64,000 bases of DNA from Asterias rubens (lineage: Eukaryota), in contig NC_047070.1 in assembly GCF_902459465.1 (NCBI RefSeq), forward strand, positions 1,736,001-1,800,000, in the 5' to 3' direction. Below the pieces are notes generated by a model. It was not told the DNA's origin and did not search any database. It was given only the letters and a program-made list of their open reading frames with translations. Positions within the stretch are counted from its first letter, which is position 1; each line of letters starts with the position of its first letter. Below, one piece after another: positions 39,136-52,000 of the stretch. Made by a program: the position numbers and the translations under genes.

Positions 39136-39548
39136 TAGGTTTTCTCGGTCAAATTCGGGAAAAGAGCAGCCAATTTCATTTTCACGCTTTCGAATTAAAG
39201 CTGTTTTGCCTCTCCAGCTGTTACTGCGTTTCAAATTCAGAATTCGGCCATTCAATTTCGCTTTGAGTCGAGTCAAATTCCTTCAGCTCTCTGTTCAATT
39301 TAGCATAAAATCGCCATTCTTTTTCGTGACACACACGCCTCAAGAAGCGTCTGCGAATTTGAATGCTGCTTTGATGAATTGTTAAATTGAATGATTATTT
39401 TGTTAAATCGAATGACGCAACATTACATTTGACTAATCATAAAACGAAATCGAATGACGCTTTTCAGTAGCATTTGATTTCGCGCGAAATAGAATAGCTT
39501 GGTAGTTAAATTGGCTGCTCTTTTTCCGAAATTGACCGATAAAACCTA
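39136..39548. mobile_element. unclassified TIR element embedded in a (TAA)n microsatellite
   Basis: 41-bp TIRs (38/41 match), TAGGTTTTCTCGGTCAAATTCGGGAAAAGAGCAGCCAATTT, with TA and (TAA)n on both sides. Confidence 0.8.
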
Positions 39549-39993
39549 TAATAATAATAATAATAATAATTATGGTTTGTGGTGTTCTGTTGAATTAAAT
39601 AAATTTTATAAAACATTCTCCGGAAACCTTTCTTGTAAATTCTCATGTTTGGATACTTGAAGAGGCGCACACGAATGATTTTGGTTCCGTGTGGTTCAAT
39701 TGCAACACCGCCCTCACTCGGTAACAGATCATTTTCCATTAATTTGCATAACAGTAGCGTAGCAACGGTAACAATGAACTACCGCGCTAGAGATGGTCAA
39801 AAGTTGAACTTCAAAATGTACCCGAAAACATAATCCTACAAATATACACAAAAATACACAAAGGTTACCCAATACGCTCAAATATGTTTTATCTAATCTT
39901 TTTGTTATCCTTTGAGTTAAAGTTTGTTTGGAATTTTCTATAAACAGTTGAAACTGTCCAAATAAAGACTGGCGGATGAATTAGGTAGTGGTA

Positions 39994-40043
39994 TGGGATT
40001 TGTAGTTCCGGCCGGCCGTAAACATTGTGACCAAAATGGCGAC
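39994..40043 (+). promoter_or_regulatory. FAM184 proximal promoter: ACTACAnnTCCCA-type motif plus YY1-like CAAAATGGCG over the start codon
   Basis: TGGGATTTGTAGTTCC at 39994-40009 (reverse complement GGAACTACAAATCCCA). CCAAAATGGCG spans the ATG at 40036. Locally CpG-rich. Confidence 0.55.
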
Positions 40044-43000
40044 CAAAATGTCATTCGGGAATTTATTTCACGGTAAACTCGGCGCTAGCGGGGCTGCCAG
40101 TGGGCAGGCTAGCGCCGATGTGACGCCAGAATTGCATCTGAAGATGTCAAAGAAGATCGCACAACTCACAAAGGTAAGTGGCATTAACAAAAATCTTGTA
40201 AATCGGTAAAACTTAATTGCAAAATAATTTGCACTCTACGCCTCGTATTAATGAACGGGAAGTCGTGTATTTCCGACACATGTACCCTGATGATGAGCTG
40301 ACACGACTTGAGTAAGTTGAGTTGGGTCCTACTAACCGTATTAAAGTCGACAACAACCGACAACGCAGACGTTTGTAATTTTTCTGCTGAGTCTGGCTCC
40401 CAGTCCGACTCAATCCGAGCCTGAACTGAATCTGATTAAAATTAGTCATGAAAGTTCAAGTGACATCAAAACAGCCACGAGTACAGAGTATTTATGAGTA
40501 AGAATTTCATTGTCAAAATTGTTCGAAGGGGATTTCGAAATTGTTCTGGGATTTTTTGAGTAATTTGGCAAAAAATGTGCGTAATTATTGTGCTGTACAT
40601 TGATAATATTGTGTTTTTCTAAAAATAACTTTGGTTTATATAGATTTAAAAAACAATATAAGGCTCCCCTGAAACTTATTAGTTTCTAGAATTGTACATT
40701 GTGTTCAGTTCAGAATATACAATACAATTACAAATCAAACTGAAGTTATTGCTTTCTGAACATTCAGAAATGGTCTAATGAACATTCTGAAAATGTATTG
40801 TTTGTGTTTTGCCCCAAGCTAGACTTTTTGATATATGAAGTTTCACAAAAAGAATGACTGAAAAAGAGTGGGAATAAGCTTTTCTCCAAGTTTACTTGAT
40901 CCATTATTTCAGTAGCTGTGTGAATGTTTGTCTTGAATAAAAAAAAAAGTATATTATATAGTAACTTTTATTTCAACACGATTTCTCTGTGTTTAGGTTA
41001 TCTATGCATTAAACACCAAGAACGATGAGCACGAAGCAGTTGTCAATAGTCTGAAAGAAACTCATGAGCAAGAACTTCAACAGCTCGTTCTTCAAACCAA
41101 AGATAAGATCGCTTCCTACCAGAATCGCATCGGCCAAGAAGCGGAACTCCGTCAAAGAATATCATCCTTGGAAACATCACTGAGAGACCATGAAAACCAC
41201 AGACAAAATGCAATAGTACAATTCACCGATTTCAAACGTCAAGCCGAGCAGAGAGAATCAAATCTCAAAGCAGATCATTCTCAAACTGTACTCGGTTTAT
41301 CGCAAGATCTCCTTGCAATCAAGAGGAACTTTGAAGAGAAATTGAAGCAGTTTGAAGATACGAGACGTAGGACTGAATTAGAACGAATTAACAACATTTC
41401 AGAGCTGCGCAAAACACATGCAACAGAAGTGGATGAATTGAAACAATGTTTAGAATCTAACCAGAATGGTCTTACTCAAGAAAGGCAAGATCTCATCGAT
41501 CAGTACGAGGCAAACATTAAGAAACTTCATGAGCAGTTTGACGAGCTTCAAAGGGAAAAGAATCAATCCTCTGAAGACTATGAGGCAAAACTAAGCAAAG
41601 CTCAAGCTTTCTATGAAAGAGAACTCGCAGCATTACGAGATGGTGAACTGCGTAAGAATGCTGAAGATTGGAGAGAGAAAGAGGCCGTTCTTAGAAGACA
41701 ATATTCTGAGAAACAACACGAAATGGAGAATCAGATTGAAGGTCTGTCGATGCAACTTGCTGTGTGTGAGGAGGATTTGGTCTTGAGTAAGGAAAAATTA
41801 TTGAAGGCAGAAAATGAGCTCAAATCCAAGGAAAGTGATTCAAGCAGTTATAGCCAACAGGTAACTATTTTTCTTTCCTTTTCATTCCATTGGTTTCAAT
41901 ATCAAGCAGGCCTGTATGCTTCATTTGTGAAAGGGCAAGGGCACGGATGCATTTGCTCCTTGGTGACGGGCACACTAGTGTCAGGTCTAGGAAAATGCAA
42001 ATTTATACTGGAGCATTTCAAGGGCACCAATGCATTTGCTCCTTGGTGATGGGCACTCTTTAGTGTTAGGTCTAGGAAAATGCAAATTTATACTGGAGCA
42101 TTTCAAGGTCACATATGACCAGGGGGCATGGCATTGTGAAGTATTGAAACTACAAGGGAAACTGACCCAGTTAAATTAAAAAAGTTTTCCGGTTGATCGA
42201 AGATAAGTTTACTAGGTAGACAAGATTTGAATTATGCAATCTTTAAAACAAGGACATTGACAAAATAGGGAGACTGCCAACTTTACGGCTAGAAAGCTCG
42301 TTTGGTAGAGTGCCGGCATTTGTAACCCAAAATTATCTTCAGCAAAATCAACTGTATTTTTGTTTTAGATATTTTAAAAATATTTTCATTGAAAGCACCA
42401 CTTACAATTTAGAAGTTGTCACAACCCAATTAGAACGGGCCAACAACTATAACAACATCCACAAATGATTGTTAAACATGGTTATTATTTGTCTTTATGA
42501 GGAAACTATTTTAGTGAACAAGCAATGAGCCCACAGATTTGAGCTTATTTCTACACACAGTAGCAAACTACTTATTATAGCTTAGCTTAGAGGGACTTAA
42601 AAATCTAGCTTAAAAGCAACCATTTGTGCTCAGAGTGGTATTTGGAACTTCTTATGTGTCAACAAAGGATGTGTCAACAATTAGAAAAGCTATCCTCCTC
42701 TGCTGTTTAAGCCCCTATCATCATGTGGCCTTGATTGACTCGACTGTTCTCTAAAGAATGCTTCTTACTGTACAAATCACAGGAAAGATTTGCTTTAAAG
42801 GCACTGGACACTTTTGGTACTCAAAATAATTGTTAGCATGAAAACTTACTTGGTATCGAGCAATGGAGAGCTGTTGATTTGTGTGGATCATTGTATTCTA
42901 CTTATTGCAATATCTCTCTAACCAATATGCATTTTATAACAAACGACTTTTATAGACCAACTCGTTCGATCCAATGCAACGTGTCCCTTTAAGTAGTTTT

Positions 43001-46000
43001 GTAGTTTTGAGAAAGAAGTAATTTCTTACTCAAGTATTAAAATGCTCACAGGCCCGAAGTCTTTTAGCATCTTTGTATCTAAAAACACACAAATTTTTGC
43101 AACAAGGGTGTTTTTTCTTTCATTATTTTCTTGCAACCTCGACGACCAATCAAGTTTAAAACTTCACAGACTTGTTATTTTACGCATGTTTTGGGATACA
43201 CAAAGTACAAACTGGTCTTTGACACTTACCAAAGGTGGCCAGTGTCTTTAAAGGGAAACAGATAACTCAAATTGTCTCATGATGATATTTTTATCTTTAT
43301 TTATTGTAATCCATGGAATGTGAGGAGGGGGGGGGGCACTTCATTCAATAGGCATTACAATTTATTATAATATTACATTTCTTTTTCCATGATTCCAGGA
43401 TTCCAATAAGTGCATTTAAGGCTTACTTCATATGTACATTATTCCTATTGATATATTTTAAAGTTAAATGGCAACCTAAATACCAAAGCTGGAATCACGA
43501 TGGGGGCAGTTGCCTTCGTTGTCCAGATGCCCAGTGGCTTCAGAATGTTCCCCGCTGACTTTTATTTCAAAACATTGTGCTGTTAAAAATATCAGGGCAG
43601 ATGTACTGGTACCTGCTGTGTTTTGCAAACTTCTTGCTGGCTAAAATAATCCTATCCTCTGATTTTGGCAAGCTGGCGCCTACATGTACTGCACATAATA
43701 AACATCTAAATAATCCTGTCAGTGTCTAGTCCCATACAAGACAGCTTTAAGATTGTCCTAGTACAGTAGTATTTAGATGGAGCCAAAGAGAATGATTAGC
43801 ATATTGGGCAGATAATAGCTGGAGAGGCAGGAGAAGTATCAACATAGAGTAAGGGTCTCAACAAGGGACTTCTATCAAGGCCAGACACTTGATAGACTGG
43901 TGTGATAAGGCAGTAAAGTGGTACATATTCATGCAGATGGTTAGTCTTGGTGCAAGACGTTCTTATTGAGTTCCAAGGTCAACCTCTATGGTAAACACCA
44001 TAGGCCCCATTCACTCACTGCTACACACGTTAATAACAACTTCTTGAACCAAGACTAGCAGATAGTTTGCAGAGCTGAAGGAAACTTAGCTTAGTAAACA
44101 TGGCCAACAATGTTCAGCTGTAGCTACTCCTCAATGCTAAATCGCCTTGAGTGTCACTGAGCGAAGGATACTTATAAGCTGTATTAGAAGCCACTATTAT
44201 GTAAAGTAGCAACCTGCCACACCCCTTCATTCCAGAGGGTTGATATAAAGTGTGGTTATGATTTTAACATATTTGAGAAGACAAATTATTTTGGCACTGG
44301 ACACTATCAGTAATTACTTAAAATATTTATTAGCATAAAACCTTACTTGCTAACGAGCAATGGAGAGCTGCTGATAGTATATACATCAGCTGCTGATGTG
44401 AGAAACAGCTCCCTCTGAAGTAGGCCTAACATAGTTTTGAGAAATAACCAATTGACTTCGACAACCAATTGACCTCAATTTTTCATAGGTTTGTTCTTTT
44501 ATGCATTGATGTTGAGATACACCAAGTGAGAAGACTGTTTTTTGACAATTGACAATAGTGAATGAACAGTGTCTTTAAAGGGTTTGGGTACTGTTTGTAG
44601 GACACAAAACACAATGTCCACAGATTTGCATTTGGTGTAGAAAGCATCCCTTAGAATATTAGTTGCCGAGGTTAAGCTTGGGCGATATGATATTATCGAA
44701 TATCGCGATATTAATTTGGAAACGATTTCGATATCGGATGGATTTGGTTTTAATCGAAATATCGATATATCGCGATATATCGCGATAATCTTGCACCCCA
44801 TAGGTTTGGAGTAAAACCAGAAGAATAGGTCATTAGAACACCTCTCTTAAGCTATGACTGTCTCTTCTACAACTTTCACTTGGAGTTTGAAGACTGATGA
44901 TGTCAAATTTAATTAATCGCGATTATATCGAATATCGCGATATATTGTCGGCGATATATCGTGAATAAAACAAAATCGATATCGCCCAAGCTTAGCCGAG
45001 GTGCTCTAGTATTTTTTAGGAATGAGTAAAACAATGTCACAAAAATAGTGTTTGTCTAAGGAGTTGCTTAGAGGCTGGTAACAAAAAATTAATGAAAACA
45101 TTCACTTTGAAACACAACCTTGTGAAATTCTGTTTGATTTCTGAACGAAGAGAAAACACAATTGAAATCTTTTACACACTGAGTTTATATTGTCTGAATT
45201 AAAATATATCTGTGAACCAATTATCAAAGAAAATAATTAATCATGACTGTCTCTTCAGGAATGTGTTAATTAGTCTATTAAATGATAGAAATGTAATGTG
45301 TGCACATCACCTAGCAATGACCAGACAAAACGGACCTACAAAATCTCAACAGATATTACATTTTAAATTGAACTTGTAAATTATATTTGTGTGTTCTGGG
45401 AAGATGTTGATGCATACTAAAAAGATTTTTAAATCTCAGGGCGACTTGAAAATAAAATTGTGTTGCATGTAAACATATTTACTGAACGTTTGATTTGATT
45501 TTCTGTGGAACTACATCGATTTGGTTCTGGGTGCATTAGTTCTAATGCAAACTATGATACCCAGTAAGAAAATAATGAAACTGTGCAGAAAAAATAAACT
45601 GTAGTATGAAAGGTGAAATTCTTAAGTCACTCTGGGTAAGGAGTGCTCGCTTCAATGATTGATAGTGAAAGCATAAACATAGGAAGACAGCTTGGAATAC
45701 TCAAAAAAAAAAAAAAAAACGATGAACGAGAAATTAAATGCCAACTGTGCAATGTGTGCATGTGGACTTCAGGCCTGGAATTTGATCTTTGAAAGGGCAA
45801 GGCCATTTCATTTTGCAAAGAGCGCTTCCATTGAATATTATGGTCTACTCTATTGAGAACTTTGGAAAGAGCACCAAGGCCAATACTGGGAGCAACGAAG
45901 GCCATGGCCTCCTGGGCACCTTGGCCTGTGTGTAATTCCAGGCCTAGGACTTTAAGGAGTGAATTTAGGCCCAGTGACCAGGGGTAATAATGTGAAGTGC

Positions 46001-46045
46001 TTTGGGCCGCCCTCCTGGTGTGAAAACCGCTATATAAAAACTGGC

Positions 46046-46078
<33 letters not shown>

Positions 46079-49000
46079 CATTGTGAAATAGGGACAATCT
46101 ATTAATGTCACTAACTATAAAGTTTCAATTCATAACTCTACCCTTTCCTTCTTCTTTTTTCTAACATCAAAAATCATTTTCCTCTTTTAAAAACAATTGC
46201 AGGAATGTTCTTGTTAATGAATGCTTTTGAAAAGTGAAAGACAGTGTACCAAACATCATTTATTTTACCAACATAAAACTGTTGACAAATTAACAAAAAA
46301 CATTGCTTGGATCAGCTTAATTCCTCTTTTTATATTCCCATTTGTGCCATTCAAACTTGAAAAGATAAAAACATGTAGCCTAATTCCCTCTTTTTTGGTG
46401 AAGTTACAGGTGCATGCCTGAATAATACATGAAACCATAATCTGATTTTCAATGATATAAACAACATCTTAAAAATAGGTTTGTCAAAAAAGGTTGTCAA
46501 TAAATTTGTACTTATTTTGATGCTGTCTATTCAAACAACTTTTTGTGGGTTTTTGAATAATTTTTTGATATTTTATGACTTGTCTGTCCTACAGCTTCTT
46601 GAGGCAAAGCAAGATTCATCTCAAGCAATGACAAGATTAAAACAGATTCAAGGAGAACTAGCAGCATCCAGAGAAAGATGCCAAGACCAGGCTAATGATC
46701 TTATCAAAAAATCAAGTAAGTAATGACCTTCTTAAGGGGTGATAATTTTCTCCTACTTAAAACTGCTCTGGTCTTAATGTTTAAACCAACTCAAAATAAA
46801 CAGCTATGCACAAGCATGCATTTAGCAAACTTTCCACCATGACTCCTCTTAAATCCTTCACAATCCAACCCATTGGTCTCCCTGAATTTGAAATAACCAT
46901 GAACAAACATTCCAATTTTGTTCATTCAATCGAAAATAGACAGCTTTTTACTAGCACAACATTTGGCAAACTTTCAAAACCTCTACAGTCCAACCCATTG
47001 CTCTCTCTGAATTTGATGGATTCCTTAGTAGACAAACTAACCATTGGTAAACATTCCAAAGTTGTTAGTATTCACAAGTCTGGATTAGTCCACCTGATTT
47101 TAAACAAGAATTAACATAAATGTATCTTTCTGATTCATTAATGGTATCAATCACAACCAGTATAATATGCAAAGAAATTTACACTCAAATACTCTTACTT
47201 TTACATTTCAAAAAATGTATTATTCACATCCAAATGGAAGAAATATCAGCATTTTAAACAAGTAGGTTGCACAGTTTCTGATAGCCCACAGGGCAAGTTG
47301 AGAGGTGGTGTTTACTAGCCTGTAGCAGTTTTGACTAAACAATGTATGCCAGGCTAGCCTGTAGCAGTTTTGACTAAACAATGTATGCCAGGCTAGCCTG
47401 TAGCAGTTTTGACTAAACAATGTATGCCAGGCTAGCCTGTAGCAGTTTTGACTAAACAATGTATGCCAGGCTAGCCTGTAGCAGTTTTGACTAAACAATG
47501 TATGCCAGGCTAGCCTGTAGCAGTTTTGACTAAACAATGTATGCCAGGCTAGCCTGTAGCAGTTTTGACTAAACAATGTATGCCAGGCTAGTCTGTGGCA
47601 GTTTTGACTAAACAATGTATGCCAGGCTAGCCTGTAGCAGTTTTGACTAAACAATGTATGCCAGGCTAGTCTGTAGCAGTTTTGACTAAACAATGTATGC
47701 CAGGCTAGCCTGTAGCAGTTTTGACTAAACAATGTATGCCAGGCTAGCCTGTAGCAGTTTTGACTAAACAATGTATGCCAGGCTAGTCTGTAGCAGTTTT
47801 GACTAAACAATGTATGCCAGGCTAGCCTGCAGCAGTTTTGACTAAACAATGTATGCCAGGCTAGTCTGTAGCAGTTTTGACTAAACAATGTATGCCAGGC
47901 TAGTCTGTAGCAGTTTTGACTAAACAATGTATGCCAGGCTAGCCTGTAGCAGTTTTGACTAAACAATGTATGCCAGGCTAGCCTGTAGCAGTTTTGACTA
48001 AACAATGTATGCCAGGCTAGCCTGTAGCAGTTTTGACTAAACAATGTATGCCAGGCTAGCCTGTAGCAGTTTTGACTAAACAATGTATGCCAGGCTAGTC
48101 TGTAGCAGTTTTGACTAAACAATGTATGCCAGGCTAGCCTGTAGCAGTTTTGACTAAACAATGTATGCCAGGCTAGCCTGTAGCAGTTTTGACTAAACAA
48201 TGTATGCCAGGCTAGCCTGTAGCAGTTTTGACTAAACAATGTATGCCAGGCTAGTCTGTAGCAGTTTTGACTAAACAATGTATGCCAGGCTAGTGTTAAG
48301 GGCGAGCCTTGGGCCAAATTTCATAAAGCTGCTAAGCTCAAAAATTTGCTTAGCATGAAAGTTGTTCCTTGATAAAAACACAGGATTACCAACCAAATTT
48401 CCACGTGATTTTCATGATAAGCAAACAACAGTTAAATACCAGTAACAAGCCGTATGCAACAAATGGAAATTAGGTTGGTAATCCTGTTTTTTGTCAAGGA
48501 AGAAATTTCATTCAAATTGTTGTGCTCAGCAGCTCTATGAAATTGGGCCCTGGTTTAATTGTTTTACATGAGGCTCTGATGTGTTTTACAATAACAGGCA
48601 AGATTGGTACCCTGGAAGCCACCAGATTGAGTAATGAATCAACGATAAATGACCTCCGAGCGTCTCTTGCCAAACTAGAAGACAAACTTCAATGGATGGA
48701 GAAGGAGCGACAGAGTCTTGAAAGCAGCAAAAAGAATCTCTCTCAGGAGCAGAGCAGTCAGCTTCGATCTCTGGAAAAGGTACGTGTTTGTGCATGGTTG
48801 GTATTTAAAGACAGTGGACACTACTGGTAATTGTCAAAGACCAGTCTTCTCACTTGGTGTATCTCAACATATGCATCAAATAACAAACCTGTGAAAATTT
48901 GAGCTCAATTGGTCGTCGAAGTTGCGAGATAATAATGAAAGAAAAAACACCCTTGTCACACGAAGTTGTGTGCGTTCAGATGGTTGATTTCGAGACCTCG

Positions 49001-52000
49001 AGTTCTAAACTTGAGGTCTCGAAATCAAATTCGTGGAAAATTACTTCTTTCTCAAAAACTACGTCACTTCAGAGGGAGCCGTTTCTCACAATGTTTTATA
49101 CCATCAACCTCTCCCCATTACTCGTCACCAAGCAAGGTTTTATGCTAATAATTATTTTGAATAATTACCAATAGTGTCCACTGCCTTTAAATAAGAAAAT
49201 TATGCGATTTCGCCCAACTCACAAGGCTGTACGGCCACTCCAAGGTGAGGGCTACACTTAACTGATTTGCCGTAATGCTAATAAACCAAAATCAACTGTC
49301 ACCAGGAACACGTTGCCACATGTATGTACTTCCTGGGGCAGAAACAGGGTTACTCCCTTCACACAAGGATGTAGGCTTGGGTATCATCCACTATGGGGCC
49401 TGCATTACCTTCTCAACTTTTTACAAAGCAATTTATGGTTGAGTGGCTTTGCTCAAGGGCACAAGTGTCATGACTGGGAATCAAACCGACATTTTGCTAT
49501 ACAAATATATAATATATTTGCAATGTGTGTTAAGCACTAGTGTTGTACTTTCATAAGTTTTGTGGCAGAAAAAATCCACTTGCATATCACTCGGATGGGA
49601 TTCGCACCCTGACTCTTGTATGCTTGAGCAGATGTCTTACCACTGGGCCACCGGGCTAGCCCGATTACTAGAGGCAGTTCAAATCTATCAAAAGTAATTA
49701 ATGTTTTCAATTGTTTTTGATATTTCCTAAGGCTCTGGATGAGTTATCAATCGAGAAACAAACCATGAAGGAGAAATATGAGAAGGAACTTGAGTTTACA
49801 AGAACCAACAGTAAAGATGAACGGACGAGACTTGCCAAAGATCACGAGGCACTGATTGGTAGAATACAACGAGAGCATAAAGAAGAGAGAACGCTAGCTA
49901 ACACAGCTGCTGCACAAGACATTGCCAGGCTGAGAGAGGTTAGTAGTAAGGACACTATTAGAATTTTTTGTAATGTTTTTTTTTATTTTTAAATTAGATA
50001 TATTGCCCAACTCACAAGGTCAGACGGCCACCAAGTTAAGGGCTATACTTAATGATTGGGACTGTCGATCTAAATCAACTGTCGCCAGGGACATGTTGCC
50101 ACCTTCTTCTGGGGCTGAAACAGGGTAACCCCCTTGACTTTCCATATGGTCTTGTTGCAAGGTTTATTCCATTCAGTAGGACCACAAAGTCTGTTTTGGA
50201 AAGTGAGATCAGCGACACAACATTTGTGCAGAAAGTTATTGACAAACCCTAACAAGTGGGTTTTTTATCTTGAGTGTAAAGTGCTTTTCTGTATATCTAA
50301 AATACTCAAAGTCAATTTAAATTAAATTTATGTTTCTGTGATTAAAGTCTATTTTATTTATTTGTTATTTTTCTGTAGGAGTTAGAAAAGACTTTAGAAG
50401 AGACTACTCAGAGGCTTTCCAGCGAGCTCAACGCCGTCCAGTCCCAACTCGACAACACGAGAGAAGAACTGACCAAGAAACTAGAGACAGCCGAGGCGGA
50501 GTGTAGACGTCTTCAAGATATTCTTGATCAGAATAAACAAGGTCTAGGATCAGCTACTACCGAGATCACCAGCTTGAGCAAAGCTAACGCTGGACTCAAA
50601 GTAGATCTAGAGACATTGCAGAAAGAGCTGAGAGACTCAAAGAATCAGAGTCTGGCGTTCAGGGTGGGTAAAGGAGAACCTCTTGACAATGTTGTAATAC
50701 TTTCTGCGATGAAACATTTCAGACCTTTAAAGCAATCGCACAACATCGGTAAACAGTATTGTACAAAGGCCCACACTTCTTGTATCACAACTTATATATG
50801 AAATAACAAACCTGTGAAAATTTAGGCTCAATCGGTCATCGGAGTCGGGAGAAAATAACGGGGAAAACCCACTCCCTTGTTTCCGCACGTTTCGCCGTGT
50901 CATGACATGGGTTTAAAATAAATCCGTTATTCTTCATATCGAGAACTGATAATTGTTTTAATGTTTTCTCAAAAAGTAAAGCATTTCATTGAACAATATT
51001 TCAAGGGAAGTGTTTCACCATTACCTTCTGTAAACCCTGTACGTTATTTGTAAATCTGTGAACTTTTAATTTTTGTTCTGTTCAGAAAGTGTCCAATGGC
51101 TTTAACTGAATTCAGACTTTATAGTGCTCAAGTCCGTCACTCACTGACGCTCATGGCACTCGTACATTATAACCCTTTATCACTGGTCCATTTATTTCAT
51201 TCCTTTAAAAAGCTCAGCTCCCTGGGGAATAAACAGCCTGAACTACAAAGTATTTGGCGCACTAAGCTAAATCAATCACAAGAACCATCTCTGCCGTCAC
51301 AGGTACCCATTTACCCCTGGGTGAAGAGAAGCATTTACAGTTAAGTGTCTTGCTCAAGGACACAAGTGTCACGACAGGGATTCGAACCCACACCCTGACA
51401 ACTAAGCCACCAAAACTAGAATTTGTTGCTCTAAACCACTTGGCCATTACCATTTAACACCCCATATAAATAAAGGCACTGTGGACATGAAGTGGTGACT
51501 TGATATAAAAGAGTAGTGACTACAAATGTATCTACTTTATCCCATCAACTGTTTATTGTTTATTTGTATCTATTTGATTCTTCAGACCGAACTGGACAGG
51601 TTGAAACACACTCATGAAACCAAGATGGCCGAAGCTAAAGAGGAATTAAAATCAAAACTCAACCAGTTATCAAAAGATCTTGACGGACAATGGACGGATA
51701 CACTCAGGTACTAAGACATTTAGAGCTCTCTGTCCTTAACCTTTCCCCCATTTTAATTTGTTGTTGAGAATATCGTTGTTACTTTAAAACTATGACTTAA
51801 TCAAGTTAAAACATCAACCATTTTGGTAACATTTTGGTAATTACTCAAAATGAATGTTTATGACCATAAAAACTTGGAAACAAGCAAAGGAGAGCTGTTG
51901 ATAGTATAAAACATTGTAAGAAACGACTCCCTCTGGAGTAACATCGAATTTTAGAAAGAGGTAATTTTTCACTACAATATTTGAATCGGAGAAAGATTTC

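Noticed and set aside
45627-46097. 156-aa minus-strand ORF with poly-N
   Set aside because: Made of a SINE tail, an (ATT)n microsatellite and a DNA-element relic.
47220-48317. 365-aa ORF (RLAWHTLFSQNCY)n
   Set aside because: Artefact of a 39-bp stop-free unit, antisense within an intron, with no unique domain.
48899-49174. Recurrent small ORFs ([22 protein letters not shown]...; also at 3220, 4391, 6731, 18843, 33379, 35578)
   Set aside because: Translations of the family-A MITE; frames differ and break among copies, with no transposase motifs.
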